DNA from: Octopus vulgaris
Taxonomy: Eukaryota
DNA length: 64,000 bases
Direction: 5' to 3'
Assembly (NCBI GenBank): GCA_951406725.2
Contig: OX597816.1
Coordinates: 153,636,001-153,700,000 of the forward strand
The position numbers and the translations under genes were made by a program. Under the pieces are notes generated by a model. That model had not been told where the DNA came from and ran no database searches. It saw only the letters and a list, made by a program, of their open reading frames with translations. Below are positions 1-14,973 of the stretch, in pieces. How positions within the stretch are numbered: position 1 is the stretch's first letter; each line of letters opens with the position of its first letter.

Positions 1-202
1 TATTTAAAGAATATGAGATTGAAAAGTAACTATGATATTGATAGCAACCAGCCTCACACACACGTAAACATACATACACACGCACTCAAATATACACGTG
101 TATACAAATATGCGTATATCTATATATGTATGTGCGTACGTGTGTATGTGTGTATGTATGTTTGCATGAAAAATTATTGAGAATCGCATAGAAGCACTAT
201 CT

Positions 203-258
<56 letters not shown>

Positions 259-489
259 GTACCTATAATAAGTGAACAGTGTACAGTTAAACAAGTAAAT
301 ATACTAGAAACATGATCTATTTGTATACATATACAAATAAATATCATGATATTGATATTTATGCATCAATAATATAGACCATTGCATATAATATAGAGTA
401 TTGCGTATAAGTATGAGCATGTGTATGTATGTAGGTGTTATATATGTATATATACACACACACATGTATGTATGTATGTATGTATTATG

Positions 490-835
490 TCATTCAGTTT
501 TATTTCAAGATTTCTGGTCAACAGAGAAACAACTGGTTTCTAACCTAGATCCAAGGTTCCTTCATTGGAATTTCAACATCAATAGGGTATTTTTGTATGT
601 ATGTATGTATGTATGTATGTATGTATGTATGTATGTATGTATGTATGTATGTATGTATGTATGCATGTATGTATGTGTGTATGTATGCATGTATATTTTC
701 AGATTTGTGTTTTGTTCCGTGTATGTATTCTCATGCATATAGTTGCATGTCTAGACATAGTCATATATATACTTAAACGATAAACTTTTGGAAGGTTTAG
801 CCTTCGAATCACCTTTTACCTTACTGGTTTTGAAA
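490..835 (-). mobile_element. 3' UTR modules of an R4/Dong-like LINE, interleaved with (TATG)n
   Basis: Blocks 490-600 and 700-835 match 885-1000 and 1125-1290, 12468-12650, and (reverse complement) 49178-49712. Confidence 0.7.
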
Positions 836-884
836 AGTATGTATGTATGTATGTATGTATGTATGTATGTATGTATGTATGTAT

Positions 885-3800
885 GTCATTATTCAGATTA
901 TTTCAAAATTTCTTGCCAATAGAGAAAGAACCGATTTCAAACCTAGATCCAAGGCTCCTTCATTGGAATTTCAACATTAACAACAGAGTATTTTCGTATG
1001 TATGTATGTATGTATGTATGTATGTATGTATGTATGTATGTATGTATGTATTTGTGTGTGTATGTGTGTGTGTATGTATGTATGTATGTATGTATGTATG
1101 TATGTATGTATGTATGTATGTATGTTTTATCTATGTATTCCCATGCATAGAGTTACATATCTAGACATACTCATATATATGTTTAAATGATAAACATCTG
1201 GAAAATTTTACAGAATTTTACAATTCCAGTGATGGATTGGATCTGTAGCCTTCGAATTAGCTTTCTCCTTTCTGATTTTGAGTAGCCTAATTTCTCAATA
1301 TTGGTATTTAGGCAGTGTGTTACATATCCCAGGCCCCCAATAATTACAAGTATAAATCTGAACTAGTAATCTGAATAGAGTAATTGTAGATTGCACAATA
1401 GTCCAGCATAGGTGTTCTCTTTTTCATTGATCTTTAGCTTTATGTTAACATCCGCTGGGCAGATAATTTCCACAACTGTGCACAGTTTCTCTTCTCTATC
1501 TCAAATCATTATATCAGGTCTGTTGTACTTACATTTTATTGAGGTCTTCACTGGTACTTTCCACCAGTATTCTTTTTCATTATGAGTGGCTATGGCTTCT
1601 ACCATATTGTGGGGTTTTATTTTTTTGTCCTCTGGATTATCCTTCCGACGGATTTCATTATAGAGTGTCCTAGCTACAACGACATGACTCATCGGTAGAT
1701 ATACCGTGATAACATATTCGGACAACTGCTTATAATGTGGGTAATATCTTCAGTGTGAACTCCACAAAGTCTACATTGGTTGTCACATTTTACGGCGTTT
1801 CCCTTTTATGCATCAAATACTTGGTTGATATTTCCTGTTCCTGTATTGCAAATGCTTACTCTTCAACTTAGAGGTAATGCTCCGGCTATTCATCCATGAT
1901 AAACTGCTTTGATGATCGATGTTACTATCATCACGGAGCTTTCTACTAACATATCCATTCATAGTCTTCTGCTCATACAGGCTCATCCTTTCATCTTATG
2001 ATATGTTGCGGTAGAGACGTGCGACTTCTTTGGGCATATATTCTAGGTTATCAGACAAAGAGTGTTACTTAAGGAGCTGCCTTCCCAGTCTTATGACGTT
2101 ATCAGCTTCATGTATGCAAACTTGGTTACGGGATGCACTTCGATGCTTGGTGGTTAAAAGATGTTGTCAAATGGATATGATGCGACATTCAAAGGCATTT
2201 TGGATCGATGTTAAGCCTCCATTAGGTCGAGGCGGTCTATATCACTGTTTATGTGGAAATTATGTATGCTTGCTAGTATTTTTCGGGTTTTGACATTAAT
2301 GGCTCGGATCTCATCAAGCGACTAATCAAGCAGCCTAAATGTTAGTATGAGTACTGGCACTGCAAACACATTGTGGGCCACTGCTTTATTGAATGCAGAG
2401 AGTTCTGTGGTCCAAATTTTCTTTATTCGGCTGTAATATTCTTTAGTAACACGTGTTTTGTTACAGGTGCCACTGTAAGATATATTTTCATCCACCCCTA
2501 GATACCTGTAACATTCCTCGTCAGATACAGGTGAAACAGTCAAAATATTGACAGAGATGCTACTAGTCTGGTTTATAGTTTTCCCCCTTTTCACAACCAT
2601 ATAACAACTTTTATCCTGACCTGACTCCATCTCTACATCCTTTGAGAATGTTGTAACTAGGTCAAGGCTCTTTTTCATCTCATGCATATTCTTTGCATAA
2701 AGTTTCAAGTCATCAACAAAGATACAGTGTGTAATTTTGGTCCTTCTGTTTCCTTGTGAACTAGTGAGATACCCTTCAGACTTCTTTAACATGAATGACA
2801 AGGGGTTTACAGAAAGTATAAACAACATCAGAGAGAGGCTGTCTCCTTGGAATATGCCTTTGCGATATTGAATTTTATCGGTGATAATACAGTCACTCGT
2901 TGTGTCTAATTCCAAGATGGTGGCCACGATGAAGTCAGGTCAGCTATGGCTTTTACTATTCTCACTGGAACTTTAGCAATTTGAAGGGCTACTAGCATAC
3001 ATGAGTGGGGAATAGAGTCAAAGGCTTTCATGTAATCTAGCCACATTGAAACTAGATTCCTCCTATGCTCTCGCACCTCTGACATCACAGTTTTGTTGAT
3101 TAGCACTTGCTCGGTACATCCCCATATTCCCTTCTTCCCAGCTGCTTGTTCTGCTGTGATAATGTTATTAGTTTCACTATGGTCTTGGAGGAAGAAGTTT
3201 AAACATGGTGTATATATCTTATGCATTAAGTTCTGGCATGCAATTGGCCGGTAGTTTTTTGCCATGTGGGTGGTTCTGCATTTTGGGGAACAATTTTGTC
3301 TCTGCCAGAGCTAGCCAGTGTGGTATGCTACTGTACCCAATGAAAGCTTGCTGGTACAGATTGATATGGTATGGACGGTAGAATGTTAGCTTCTTGTACC
3401 AATATCTAACAATTAAGTCTCTTCCATGTGCTTTTCCATCCTGGAGTTTCTGGATCACAGTTGCAAGAGTCTCACCATCAATGTTGTATGTCTTGGATGT
3501 AACGCAGGAGCAATAACTTTTTCGGATTTCTTCCAGCCACAGGGCATCTTGGTTAAATTCCTTCTCTTCACTCCAGATTTTCCAACAAAAGAATTCTATG
3601 TCTTCTCGTGAAGGAGCTTCCATAATATTTACTGCTCCTCCTCTCATGTCTCTGTATATTACTGCCTGGTTTCGGTTAAATTTTTGTTTATTGTTCTTCT
3701 CTCAGTTATACTCTTCTCATGTCGGAGTTTTTCACTGACAGCTTTTAGCTCTTGCTCTAGGGTAATCAGTTTGCAAGTGAGTATCCCCTTTTTGCTGTCT

Positions 3801-3930
3801 CCAAAGATCATTTCTATCACCTTCTTTACTTTCTGTTGGTGGAGCGAAAAGTGATTTGCTTGTTTGCATGCAATAAACATCATTACCTGACTGATGGTCT
3901 TCCGTAGACCAGTTATCTTTTTTTCCTGAT
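885..3930 (-). mobile_element. 5'-truncated, frameshifted R4/Dong-like non-LTR retrotransposon (RT plus restriction-like endonuclease)
   Basis: ORF pieces contain NYRPIACQNLMHK, WLDYMKAFDSIPH, KGIFQGDSLS, FVDDLKLY and YRYLGV (RT). CRLCGVHTEDITHIISSC knuckle near 1720-1780 and RPDIMI...VEI PD-(D/E)xK motif near 1470-1520. Both ends lie in TATG repeats. Confidence 0.9.
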
Positions 3931-4191
3931 TGTATGTATGCATGTATGTATGTATACTAACATACATATACATACAGATTCACGCTCTCCACATACAGAT
4001 TCAACCGCACTCACTCCACCACATAGACAGACAGACATGCAGACAGACAGACAGACAGGCAGGCAGGTAGACAGACAGACAGACAGATAGATCTGGGCAC
4101 ACCAATAGAACGTCTCTCTCTTCTAACTGAAAGATTAGTTCGTTCGAACATGCGGTAGACATTGGGCCTGTATCAATTGCTTAAATACTAG

Positions 4192-4390
4192 TTTCAAATT
4201 TTGGCACAAGATGAGCAATTTCGAGGGACGAGATAAGTCGATCACATAGATCTCAGTGTTCACCTGACACTTATTTAGTCGACCCCGAAAGGATAAAAAG
4301 AAAGATCGTCCCTGGCGGAATGTATAGGCAGACGAAATGCCGCTAAACATATTGCCCGCCGTACTGATGATTCTGCCAGCCGGCCGCTTT
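4192..4390 (-). mobile_element. tRNA-derived SINE, family A (central domain CCTTTCATCCTTTCGGGGTCGATAAA-like)
   Basis: Reverse complement begins GGCGGCCGGCTGGCAGAATC (box A-like). Similar to copies at 18.6-19.7 kb, 57.2 kb and 60.4 kb. Confidence 0.75.
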
Positions 4391-4922
4391 CAATTGCTTA
4401 AATATTAAACTTTAAATATTGCTCCGCCTCTATAACTAAGTCAATGCAGTTAGGCACCAATGTTGTATCAAAATACGTATTCTGTTTTGCTCGAGGCCCG
4501 TGCTGGGATTACTCTCACTTACTACTCAAACATTTAACTAACGGGACAATGGGACAGTGACTATAGGCGAAGGTTATATGAGAACAATCTATCCACGTAA
4601 TTTAATAAAAGATTCAGCTAGAAATTCCTTTAACGTTACCAAATAACGATAGGGACCTAAAATCACAAGCCAGAAAGTACGACTGCCGAAGTATTATAAC
4701 AACCAAAATTAGGCTACTGGTGCCATATAAATTAGTGTACAATAATGATAATTCCTCTCATGTCATATATATATATATATATTGGAAGAATAGGCAAATG
4801 AAAGGAAGTTTCATCCCATCTCAAAATATCAGTCGCCATGTCATAAATCATCTGGCTCATAATAAATGTAAACTCTATATTGTCTGTTTAATACTCTTTT
4901 TTGACTTGTGAGCGCGCTCACG

Positions 4923-4926
<4 letters not shown>

Positions 4927-5015
<89 letters not shown>
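4927..5015. repeat. (GT)n microsatellite
   Basis: About 45 perfect GT units. Confidence 0.98.
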
Positions 5016-5020
<5 letters not shown>

Positions 5021-8000
5021 CGTGTACGTGCACGCGTGTATATGGTTTTTCTGTCTCGTATTGCGAAAACCATTTTTATGCTGCTCATTATTTACATAGA
5101 CGCATATCATAAGAGCCAGTTCATCTTTGATCAAGTAGAACTTTTTACAAGGTTGTCGATTTAGAAACTAGGTATGATCTACAGAATCAGTGCTCCAGAC
5201 ATACTGTGACTCAGTATAGTTTTGTACTCGTATGATACTACAATATGGAATGACTGTTTGCAATTTCAGGAATGTACATTTTCTTCACTATTTGAAGTTT
5301 CTTGTGGAGACCACAATGGAATCAGAAAGATAGACACCTGTCCTGGATGGTGTACCTAACAAAACATATTTGAAGCTAACGGAAAGTGACGCTGATGTTT
5401 CATGTTTATATGCTGTTTATGTTAATTAAAACTGGATAGAATTATTAGGATGATATTGCTAATAATGTTTTGGGATGTTTCAATATGTCTAAATAATTGA
5501 GATTTTCGAACATGGAACTCAAATAAATTAGATGTTTTTGTAGATTTGACGTTAAGATGGTGATTGAAAATAAGTTTTGGAGATCAAACGCAGTATTTTG
5601 AATGCTATCATCTTTCACGTGCCTCTGGGTTGGATTATATCTACCATACTCCGTCTTCTCTGTACTGGAAACAACACACATTCATCTGCAAATGATATTC
5701 TAGTTCCACTTCACTCCTTCTTAACCTTCCACACACATAATTTCCACAAGCAACCAAAATATTTAAAGCTAGACCTATATTACTTCTATGAACAAATACA
5801 TCGAAAACATTCTGTAATGGAAACACGACAATCTATTCATTTTTGATAACTGCATGATACAATCACTATGTATCTCAAGAACGCTTTCATCTATTTAATA
5901 TCATTCTTTTTAGTTTATAAAGAGCATAGATAATTACATTTTGCAATGCTACTTCCGTTGACTGTGGCAGATATTCCTTGGAAAAACTTCAGCTACACAA
6001 ATAATATCTGAATAAGAATGATTACCTGTAACAACTTCTTCATAGAGAAATAGTAAATTTTACCAAAGAAACTTCCTAGGGATGATGAATACAGTGTATT
6101 TTATTTTTAGTAAAATATTTCAATTTGTTTATAGGAAGTACATAAGAAAGTAAATGGAATATTGTTCAAAAAACTACTTTCGCTTCTATTGAGAATATGA
6201 GTCAAGTTATTGATAACTGTGCTATCACGGATGTCAAAGCAACGTTATTTTCAAGTAATTCTCCCTCGTCTTCTCTCGACTTCTCTCAAAATGCTTGATT
6301 AACATTAAATAGAAATATGTGTCACTTAAAACAACAACACTGTCAATTGCTGTTTGTTGGTGATTTACTAGCTGGTGATTTATTAGCATTGTATTTTCTG
6401 GATTCATTCCTGCGAAATATACAGCTTTCGAATAAAAAAAATACTGGTGTCTTCATTGTGGCTGCTCGAGTTGCTAGAAAAAGAAGCCCAATCCTCTTCT
6501 ATCAAAGAAAGAATGAAATATTGGAAATGAAACTGTAGTACTTGGGTATACAAAAATACAGCAAGGTCACAGCTGAATCGTTTTAGAGTTTAGAAATGCT
6601 TGATCACGATTCACAACATGAACAACAACAACAACAATATATTTCAGTGTCAGAGCTGCAGCTTTTATGATTTAAACAAGGAAACAAACCTTCATAATTA
6701 ATTAGTTTGATGACGGTGCCCCAGCACAACCACAGTTTCTGATTGAAACCCATAAAACAATAACTGAATCGAGCTACGGTTGTTCAAAGAACATTTTTTT
6801 TTTCTGTTCACGGGTCAACGAAAGATAATAAAGCACGAACACGAGCTTGCTTTTCTAAAGTTTTAAAAAACGAAAAGCAAAATCTCTTTTTTTTTTTTTA
6901 TCATTGGGAAAAACAACTTATTTATTTCCATTTTCAACGGGAATATTTATTGAAATATTTTAAATTTCGTCTTTCGCATTAAAGTCAATAACGTTGGCTT
7001 TTAATCTAAGGGAGGCTACTCTGCATTTCTGTCTCCCAGACAATCAAGGTTGTTCTTGCTTTAGTTATATAAGTTTATAAACTTAAAAAATTAAACTTTA
7101 TAGTTATTACTTCAAATATTTCCGAGATTGATAAAAGTGGTGCCACTAAGGGAAGTTGTAGTTTATTTTGCAACTCGGTTTTTGTTTGCTGGCTGGTTTT
7201 GTTTCTTAAAAATTTTATAGCTATAATCAAAGGGAAGCAATTAATTTATTATGGGAAGTAAATCTGCATCACTTGGCGTGTTAATTTCATATTTAGCCTC
7301 TGCTTAATAGAGTCCAGACTGTGGTCATCCCATATTTTTCAAGAGGGTACGGTGTAGTTTTGGCGGAGACTCAGCAGTCAGCAACTATTTCTAGCTCTAT
7401 TATGTTGAGCGACAATGCAGAAGCCCCCATACTGTCTTGTTACTTCAGAAATACGATCATCTAAAGTTTAGATGATCACATTTCCGTGTTGCTCATAACC
7501 TGAGCTGAGATGATAGGTTATAAGACTACCAAATAAGGCATCAATAGTTTATATCAGGTCGCGGATACTGTGTTCTATACATAAAAAATTCCCTTTGGAA
7601 TAATTCTCCAACAGAGAGAATCGAGTAAAGATAGTTGTTGTTGCTGCTTCTACTGCTATTGCTGTTGTAGTTGTTATGCTGCGGGGGGGGGGGCGACGGC
7701 AGTGGTGGATAATTCCAGTTTCAGCCTTGAACGTGAAACAATTTCTTGATTAAAAGTATTCCAGCCTTGACCCTACCACCTTTTTAATATGTAAAAAGTA
7801 AATTTTCTATGGAGTTTTTCTTGTTTTAAGACGGTCGGTTATGGTTTGAGAGAATTTTGTTACTGTTGTAGGTCAACTGACAACTCGGAAGTACCTCTCT
7901 TGGTTCGATATGAAATTAAAATCTTCAATTGTGCCTTTGTGTAAGTCACGACATATAGTACTGTACTGAAATTTTCTTCATTAAACACTCCTGGAGAAAT

Positions 8001-8042
8001 TGTGATGACCAATGTTTTCTTCTTGTTACATTGGGCCATTGA

Positions 8043-8362
8043 AAGTGCTGAGAACCCCTTCGGTCATGACTGACTATAGGATTGCACCTAGAAAGTTACC
8101 CTCCCAGGTACAAGTCCGAGCAAGGTTGTTTATGGAAGACCAGCAGTCGCCCATGCATAACGGCCTCCCCTCTCCACGCCACCAGTGTTATCCAAGGGAA
8201 AGGTAAAGGCCGATACAGCTTGGCACCTGTGACGCCGCAACTCATTTTTACAGCTGAGTGAACTGGAGCAACGTGAAATAAAGTGTCTTGCTCAAGAACA
8301 CAACACGCAGCCCGGTCCGATCGTAAGCTCGACGCTCTAACGACTGAGCCATGCGCCTTCAC
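8043..8362 (-). mobile_element. tRNA-derived CORE-like SINE, family B
   Basis: Reverse complement starts GTGAAGGCGCATGGCTCAGTCGTTAGAGCG (tRNA head), followed by CORE-like GTGTTCTTGAGCAAGACACTTTATTTCACGTTGCTCCAGTTCACTCAGCTGTAAAAATG. Confidence 0.75.
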
Positions 8363-8566
8363 ATTGAAAGTAAATCTTAAATAATTCAGTGTTACTTTGG
8401 CGTGTGATCTACAACTTAAAGGGCAATTACTTTAGATTACTTTTTAGTTTAATTTTCAATTTCTAAAGGAAAAACGGAATTTTTGATTCAGTACCTCTAC
8501 CAGTTAACTGATGCACCTCATCATAAGAGAAAGATTTCAAAGGATTTTGTTATTTATATCAGTATA

Positions 8567-8779
8567 CAATAATCTCTCCATATCACGGCTCACCTATCGC
8601 GGTTTATTATTTAAGCTAACATCGATTCCTCCGTAGTGTTGTTTTGCTTTTATAATAAAATAAATATATATAAATAATAAAAATAGTAAAAACTATATAG
8701 TATAGTTTCTACTTCGCGGATTTTCACCTATCACGTAGGGTAATGGAACGTAATATCCGCGATAGATGAGAAATTACTG
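8567..8779. mobile_element. Tigger/pogo-like MITE
   Basis: Degenerate TIRs CAATAATCTCTCCATATCACGG and CCGCGATAGATGAGAAATTACTG, flanked by TA. Confidence 0.55.
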
Positions 8780-11349
8780 TAATAGTAATACAAAAAATAT
8801 TTCCAGTGCAAATAGACTAAGTTTGGCAGCCGTGAGTTTTGCAATGCAAAGTTGGCAAAATTTCCCGGTCTTACCCTTTTTTCCGAACTTCTTTCATTTC
8901 TCCACCACAACGATAACATGGTGCAACATTTTCATCATCTAATAGGTCATTTCTTTGTAAAAATGCAACTACCTTTGTCTCATCGCTGATCACATTGGAA
9001 AAATATTTAGTTAACATTTTAAGGGTTTTTAGAAATTGAGAAGTAAACTAGAAAGTAACCTAAAGTAAATGTCCTTTAAGCTGTAGATCACGCGTCAAAG
9101 AAGCAAAGATAATTTTCTTTCTGTAGATTGTCCATTTATTTTTTCTGCAGTGCAAAATTCAGGAAATAAGATATAAACGTGAATCCTTATCATTTTTCGG
9201 GAGTCTTTAAAGGAAGATAACTCGGCATGATGGTCTGTTTTGTAAAAAAAAATTTTAAAAGATAAAAAAATAACAGAAAAGAAAAGAAAAGAAAAATTAA
9301 AAGTTGTTGCATTTGTATTCCAAACAAAATCAATGACAGAAATGTTGTAGAAAGATTCCAATCGGAAGTCGAAACCATTTCCTTAATACCTGATTCTCAT
9401 TGTATTGTGTTGGTGAACAGTAGTATATAAAAGATATCAGTAGCAGTATCACCACCGTTGTCATCATGGCAAATATCAGTATGAATTTTACCACCATTAG
9501 AGTTACCATAACATGAAATCCTATTACAGTCATCACATGTCCACCATTACCGCGACAACCATCACAACCATAATCATTGTCACTACAATCAACATTGGCT
9601 ACAGCAAGAAAACTCACTTTTACCACGATCATCTCTATCACCATCACTACCAGGATCATAATTACAATCACTAAACATACCTATCACCAAACCGAAAATC
9701 ACCGCAACTATAATTACTATCGCTCTAATTATCTCTGCAACTATATTCATCACTACTACTACCACTAGAAACACTATTATAACCATCACATACCCAGCAT
9801 TATCATCATGTTTAACATACCTACGTGTACTAGACTGGTTGATTGGGTAGATGCTGTTATGCAATGTTAGATTATAAATGGTCAAGAAAAACCTGTTGAT
9901 CTATTCTTCCAAATAAACATACTTTCATCTACCTAACGATTATACTGTACACTCCGATATGCGCTAATTGATTGTACATGATACAACGTCAGAGCATTGT
10001 ATACCTTCTTCACTCTCCACTCTGTTTTTGCTGTCTCGTTATAACCGTCATTGTTGTTTTTCCCCTTGTTATTGTTCGTGTTTGGTCTTAAGCGCATTTC
10101 GACTACGTAAAAATAACCTTTAACCAAATGCATTGCAACTGCGATCATCGAGTTATTTTTAAGTTGGTAGAGTGTAATATTTTATGGAAATTTGTTTGCT
10201 ATTCCTATAAGTCAAACGATCACGAAAAGATGTCTTCATTTATTGTACGCATGTAGATTCTTACTGAGATCATAATAGAGTCGAACAACGTGAACAGGGC
10301 CACAAATGATTGGTAGGTGTTAGTATAGTACCATAGGTGTGTGAAGTTGTGGACATGTTTAGATGAGGTGTGGGAAGATCGTGCAAGCAGATATTTAAAA
10401 TGAATAGCTGACGGGAAGGACCCCTTTCTACACCACTCAAACAATCGCAAATCCTTGGCGTGTTGGTGTGACGAGTCGGCAGAGTGTTGGATAGAATGTA
10501 TCGCATTATTTGCTCCAACAATCTGCCTTTTGCATTAAGTTGAATCCAATTCAGATCACCTTTGTATTTCATCCTTTCGGGATCGAGAAAAAAGTTTCAA
10601 TCCAAGGCGGTGGGTTGGTGAAACTGTTAGAAGGACGGGCAAGATACTGCTGCCAAGTCGCATCAGCTCTAAGTTAGCAACTTTTCCCATAAGTGGGGTG
10701 GAAAGAGGAATCTTCCTCAAAACAACTTTCCCTGGTACTTACAAATGCAGTTCAATATTCCTCAAAGGTAGATAACATTGATAATTACACGATCCAATGT
10801 TGATATTAGAATTGACAAACAAAATACGTTAAGTAAACAAAATTCAAATAATTTTATTTCTATTAATTGTTAAAACAACAGTGAATGTACACTTTGTGCA
10901 GAATATGTCGGCAAACTTACCAGCTTGGTAAGCTTGGTGAGAGTAGTTTTCGTTGGACACCATGCAAGACAAAAAAAACAAAACAGATGACCTCAGTCAA
11001 CAGCTGGAAGTGAGAGACCCCTAGTCTTTGCTAAGACATCTCTCTTGGAGAAGAAAAACTCTGGTATTACACCTGCGACTTCGTTTACATCCAATGATGT
11101 AAACATTTTCTTTTTGGACAAATACGTGCGTTGTTTACAGAGTATGATTGGCCCTGTGCAAGGCTTTCCCTCGCGTTAAAAGACCTCAGAAACAGGCATC
11201 GATATTTAACATTTCTATTATGTGCTTCCAACTATGGCTGGCCTTTATCGAAGAAGACGAGAAATTCCATGACGGAATAAAGAATTGTGTCAGTGTTAGC
11301 GGTAAGGATTCTGATAAACCTGCAGAAGGGGCACTCATCGTTGCCACCT

Positions 11350-12035
11350 CTGTGCAAAAGTGTGTAGGTCCCTAGCAGGGCTGAAAATCCATTTCTAAGC
11401 TATTGATGTTTAATAGAACAATCAAGCGATGATATTGCTCAGGATCCAGCTGAAACCATCGAGTATGCATTAAGAACGGCGAATGTCCACAAGTAGTGGA
11501 GCATAGGAAGATAAAGTTTTGCGGGAATGGTGAACGCTGCAAGTCAACCACCGTAGGGGATAAGAATTATCCAAAATGAAAGCGGGGCTGGGAGATCTCT
11601 GTTGACCTTGATTATATATGTTACTTTTTGCCACCGAAAGAGCCAACCTTGTCATGTGGTGCAAAGAAAGGAAGGTGGTAGAGATTTCAAGCTGACAATT
11701 CTCCGAGAAGCAAACATCGGAAATGCTTTCCTATGAAAAAAACCCCAGAAAATACAGTGAGTTGATCGAACTCTGTCAAAACACTGAATGGGAGGCAATG
11801 CACCTTCATGTACAGATAGATATTAGAGGATTTGTTGACACCAGGATTTACTCGATGCTCAGGAGCTTTGCACTAGCTGTGAAGGAAGGCGAGAAAAAGG
11901 TATTGCCACAAAGTTCTCAAAAGCAGCAGAATAAGTAAGTCATTACGTCTGGCTCAAGAGAGAGAACGAGTGGTGCCGTAAGAATAATGATTGTAAAAAC
12001 ATCTGACCCAGAGTCGTAACATCTGTTTTAATAAA
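11350..12035 (+). pseudogene. Decayed 3' end of a Hero/NeSL-like RLE LINE
   Basis: Across frameshifts it reads NLVMWCKERKVV..LTILREANIGNAF..RKYSELIELCQNTEWEAMHLHVQIDIRGFV..WLKRENEW, resembling the RPDIVLWS..ELTVPWEE..KY..VEVGCRGF endonuclease C-terminus. Confidence 0.65.
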
Positions 12036-12215
12036 GCTCATGTTTTTGTACGAGAGTTTTGACGCCTACATTGGTAGATGGCCACGGGCAGTGTCTCGGT
12101 GGAAGGGGCCAAAACACCTACAGAGCTGTTTCGCCGCCTAATGAGATATTGACTACTGCATTCAGAGACAGAGTACAGCAGCATCCACAGCACATCGGTG
12201 TTTACTCTAAATGCT

Positions 12216-12466
12216 TGTATGTATGTATGTATGTATGTATGTATGTATGTATGTATGTATGTATGTATGTATGTATGCATGCATGCATGCATGCATGTAT
12301 GTATGTATGTATGTATGCATGTATGCATGTATGCATGTATGTATGTATGTATGTATGTATGTATGTATGTATGCATGCATGCAAGCATGCATGCATGTAT
12401 GCATGTATGTATGTATGTATGTATGTATGTATGTATGTATGTATGTATGTATTTATGTATGTATGT
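12216..12466. repeat. (TATG)n/(CATG)n compound microsatellite
   Basis: Direct reading. Confidence 0.97.
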
Positions 12467-13120
<654 letters not shown>

Positions 13121-13836
13121 TCTATCTCTCTCCCTCTCTTGTTCTTCATTCATTCTGGTTTTCTCTCCCACCCTTCTCTATTCTTCTCCTCTCCTCTTCA
13201 CCGTTCCCTCTCTCTCACTCCTCCTCCTCCTTCTCGACTCTCTCGTCGCTGACACGTGACGAAAGAGAATCGACCTGTCTACCCACAACCTTCGTTAAGA
13301 CTAAACGTGCTTATACTGTCTCCTTCATAAGCTCGTCTTCCTAAGCGTTCATAATGTTTCTATCGTCTTGATTTAACAACCCTCACCGTTTATTTTTACT
13401 ATTTTGTTCTCACTGTTCTATTTTTTACTGTTTTTACCTTTTTATTGTTTTTACTTTATTTTCTCACTGTCCTGTTCTTGTTACCACTTTCACCCTCCAC
13501 AAAAAATCACAAATTTTATTTAATTTGCTTTGCGGGAAGGACTGTTTCAACTTAGTTGCGTCTTGTCCTGGCCCTCGGAACTTGGAGTAGTTGAAACAGG
13601 GACAACTGAAGAAGGGGAATATTCTTTATGTTGTATGTCTCGTTTCTCTGTTTGTTTTTTTCGTTGTTCGAAAAAAAGTTCGTTTTTATGTTTTTGTTTT
13701 TATGTTTTCGTTTTTCATTGTTCAACGTTTTTTTGATGCCCTGTACCCATATATGCATGTATATATACATATATATGTAGGTATGTACATATACGTATGT
13801 ATATATGCATATATTTATATATATATATTGTGATAT

Positions 13837-13914
<78 letters not shown>

Positions 13915-14195
13915 TGTGTGTGTGTGTTCATACTAGGAAACTTGATTAGAGAAATTTTGAAATGCTTTGCACATCTTTATCTTACTACTAATCGACTGGA
14001 TTTGTAGGATGCAAGTCAGTTCGCTTTCTTCTTTCTTGGCAAACCTCCAGACTTTAATGTGAATCTGTTGTTACATAGCCTTGTTCATCGATGGTAGCGC
14101 ACACACACGAGAAATTAGACGTAGACACACACACACATACTTATATCTATGTATATATGTATGCATACATGTATGTATGCATGCATGCATGTATG

Positions 14196-14226
<31 letters not shown>

Positions 14227-14764
14227 GTATGTATGTATGTATGTATGTATGTATGTATGTATGTATGTATGTATGTATGTATGTATGTATAGATGGATGT
14301 ATGTATTCGTACGCATGTATGTATGTAGCCAAGTATTGCAGATTACAGTTACCGAAACAATTAAAGAGCTATCACAAGTATTTATCTCTCTTGTCTGGCT
14401 GGTAATGTCAGATGGGGTAAGTTATTGCTGTCTAATACCTTTAGAATGGAGAGAGGTAACGGCTGGGTTGCAGACAGGGAGGAAGAAGCAATTTGTAGTT
14501 TTGGAGAATCACATACAGGCTAGTTCGTTTGTTCTTTGGAAATATTAAACTGTTGTTGTTACTGGGGGGTGGGGGTGATATTATAGTAATGTTTGTAGAC
14601 ATGGTGTACAACCTGCCATTTTTTACATTTTCGCTTTGATCCCAAATCAACGGTGCCAGTCAGGGAGAACGTTAGGAAAAGAGAGGAGGAGCAGGAACAC
14701 ATTGCGAACTTTAATAATTCCGTTAGGAAAAGTCATCCATCATTTTGCAGAATATTTCATTATC

Positions 14765-14879
14765 TTGTTGTTGCTGTTGTTGTTGTTGTTGTTGTTGTCG
14801 TCGTCGTCGTCGTTATTGTTGTTGTTGTTATTGTTGTTTTTGTAGTTGTTGTTGATATTGTTTTTGCTGCTCTTGTTGC

Positions 14880-14914
<35 letters not shown>

Positions 14915-14941
14915 TTGTTGTTGTGGTGGTGGTGGTGGTGG

Positions 14942-14973
<32 letters not shown>

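Noticed and set aside
8320-8362. tRNA genes at SINE heads (also about 36685, 46330, 50320 and 53300)
   Set aside because: Only box A/B-like heads without a full cloverleaf, continuing directly into SINE bodies
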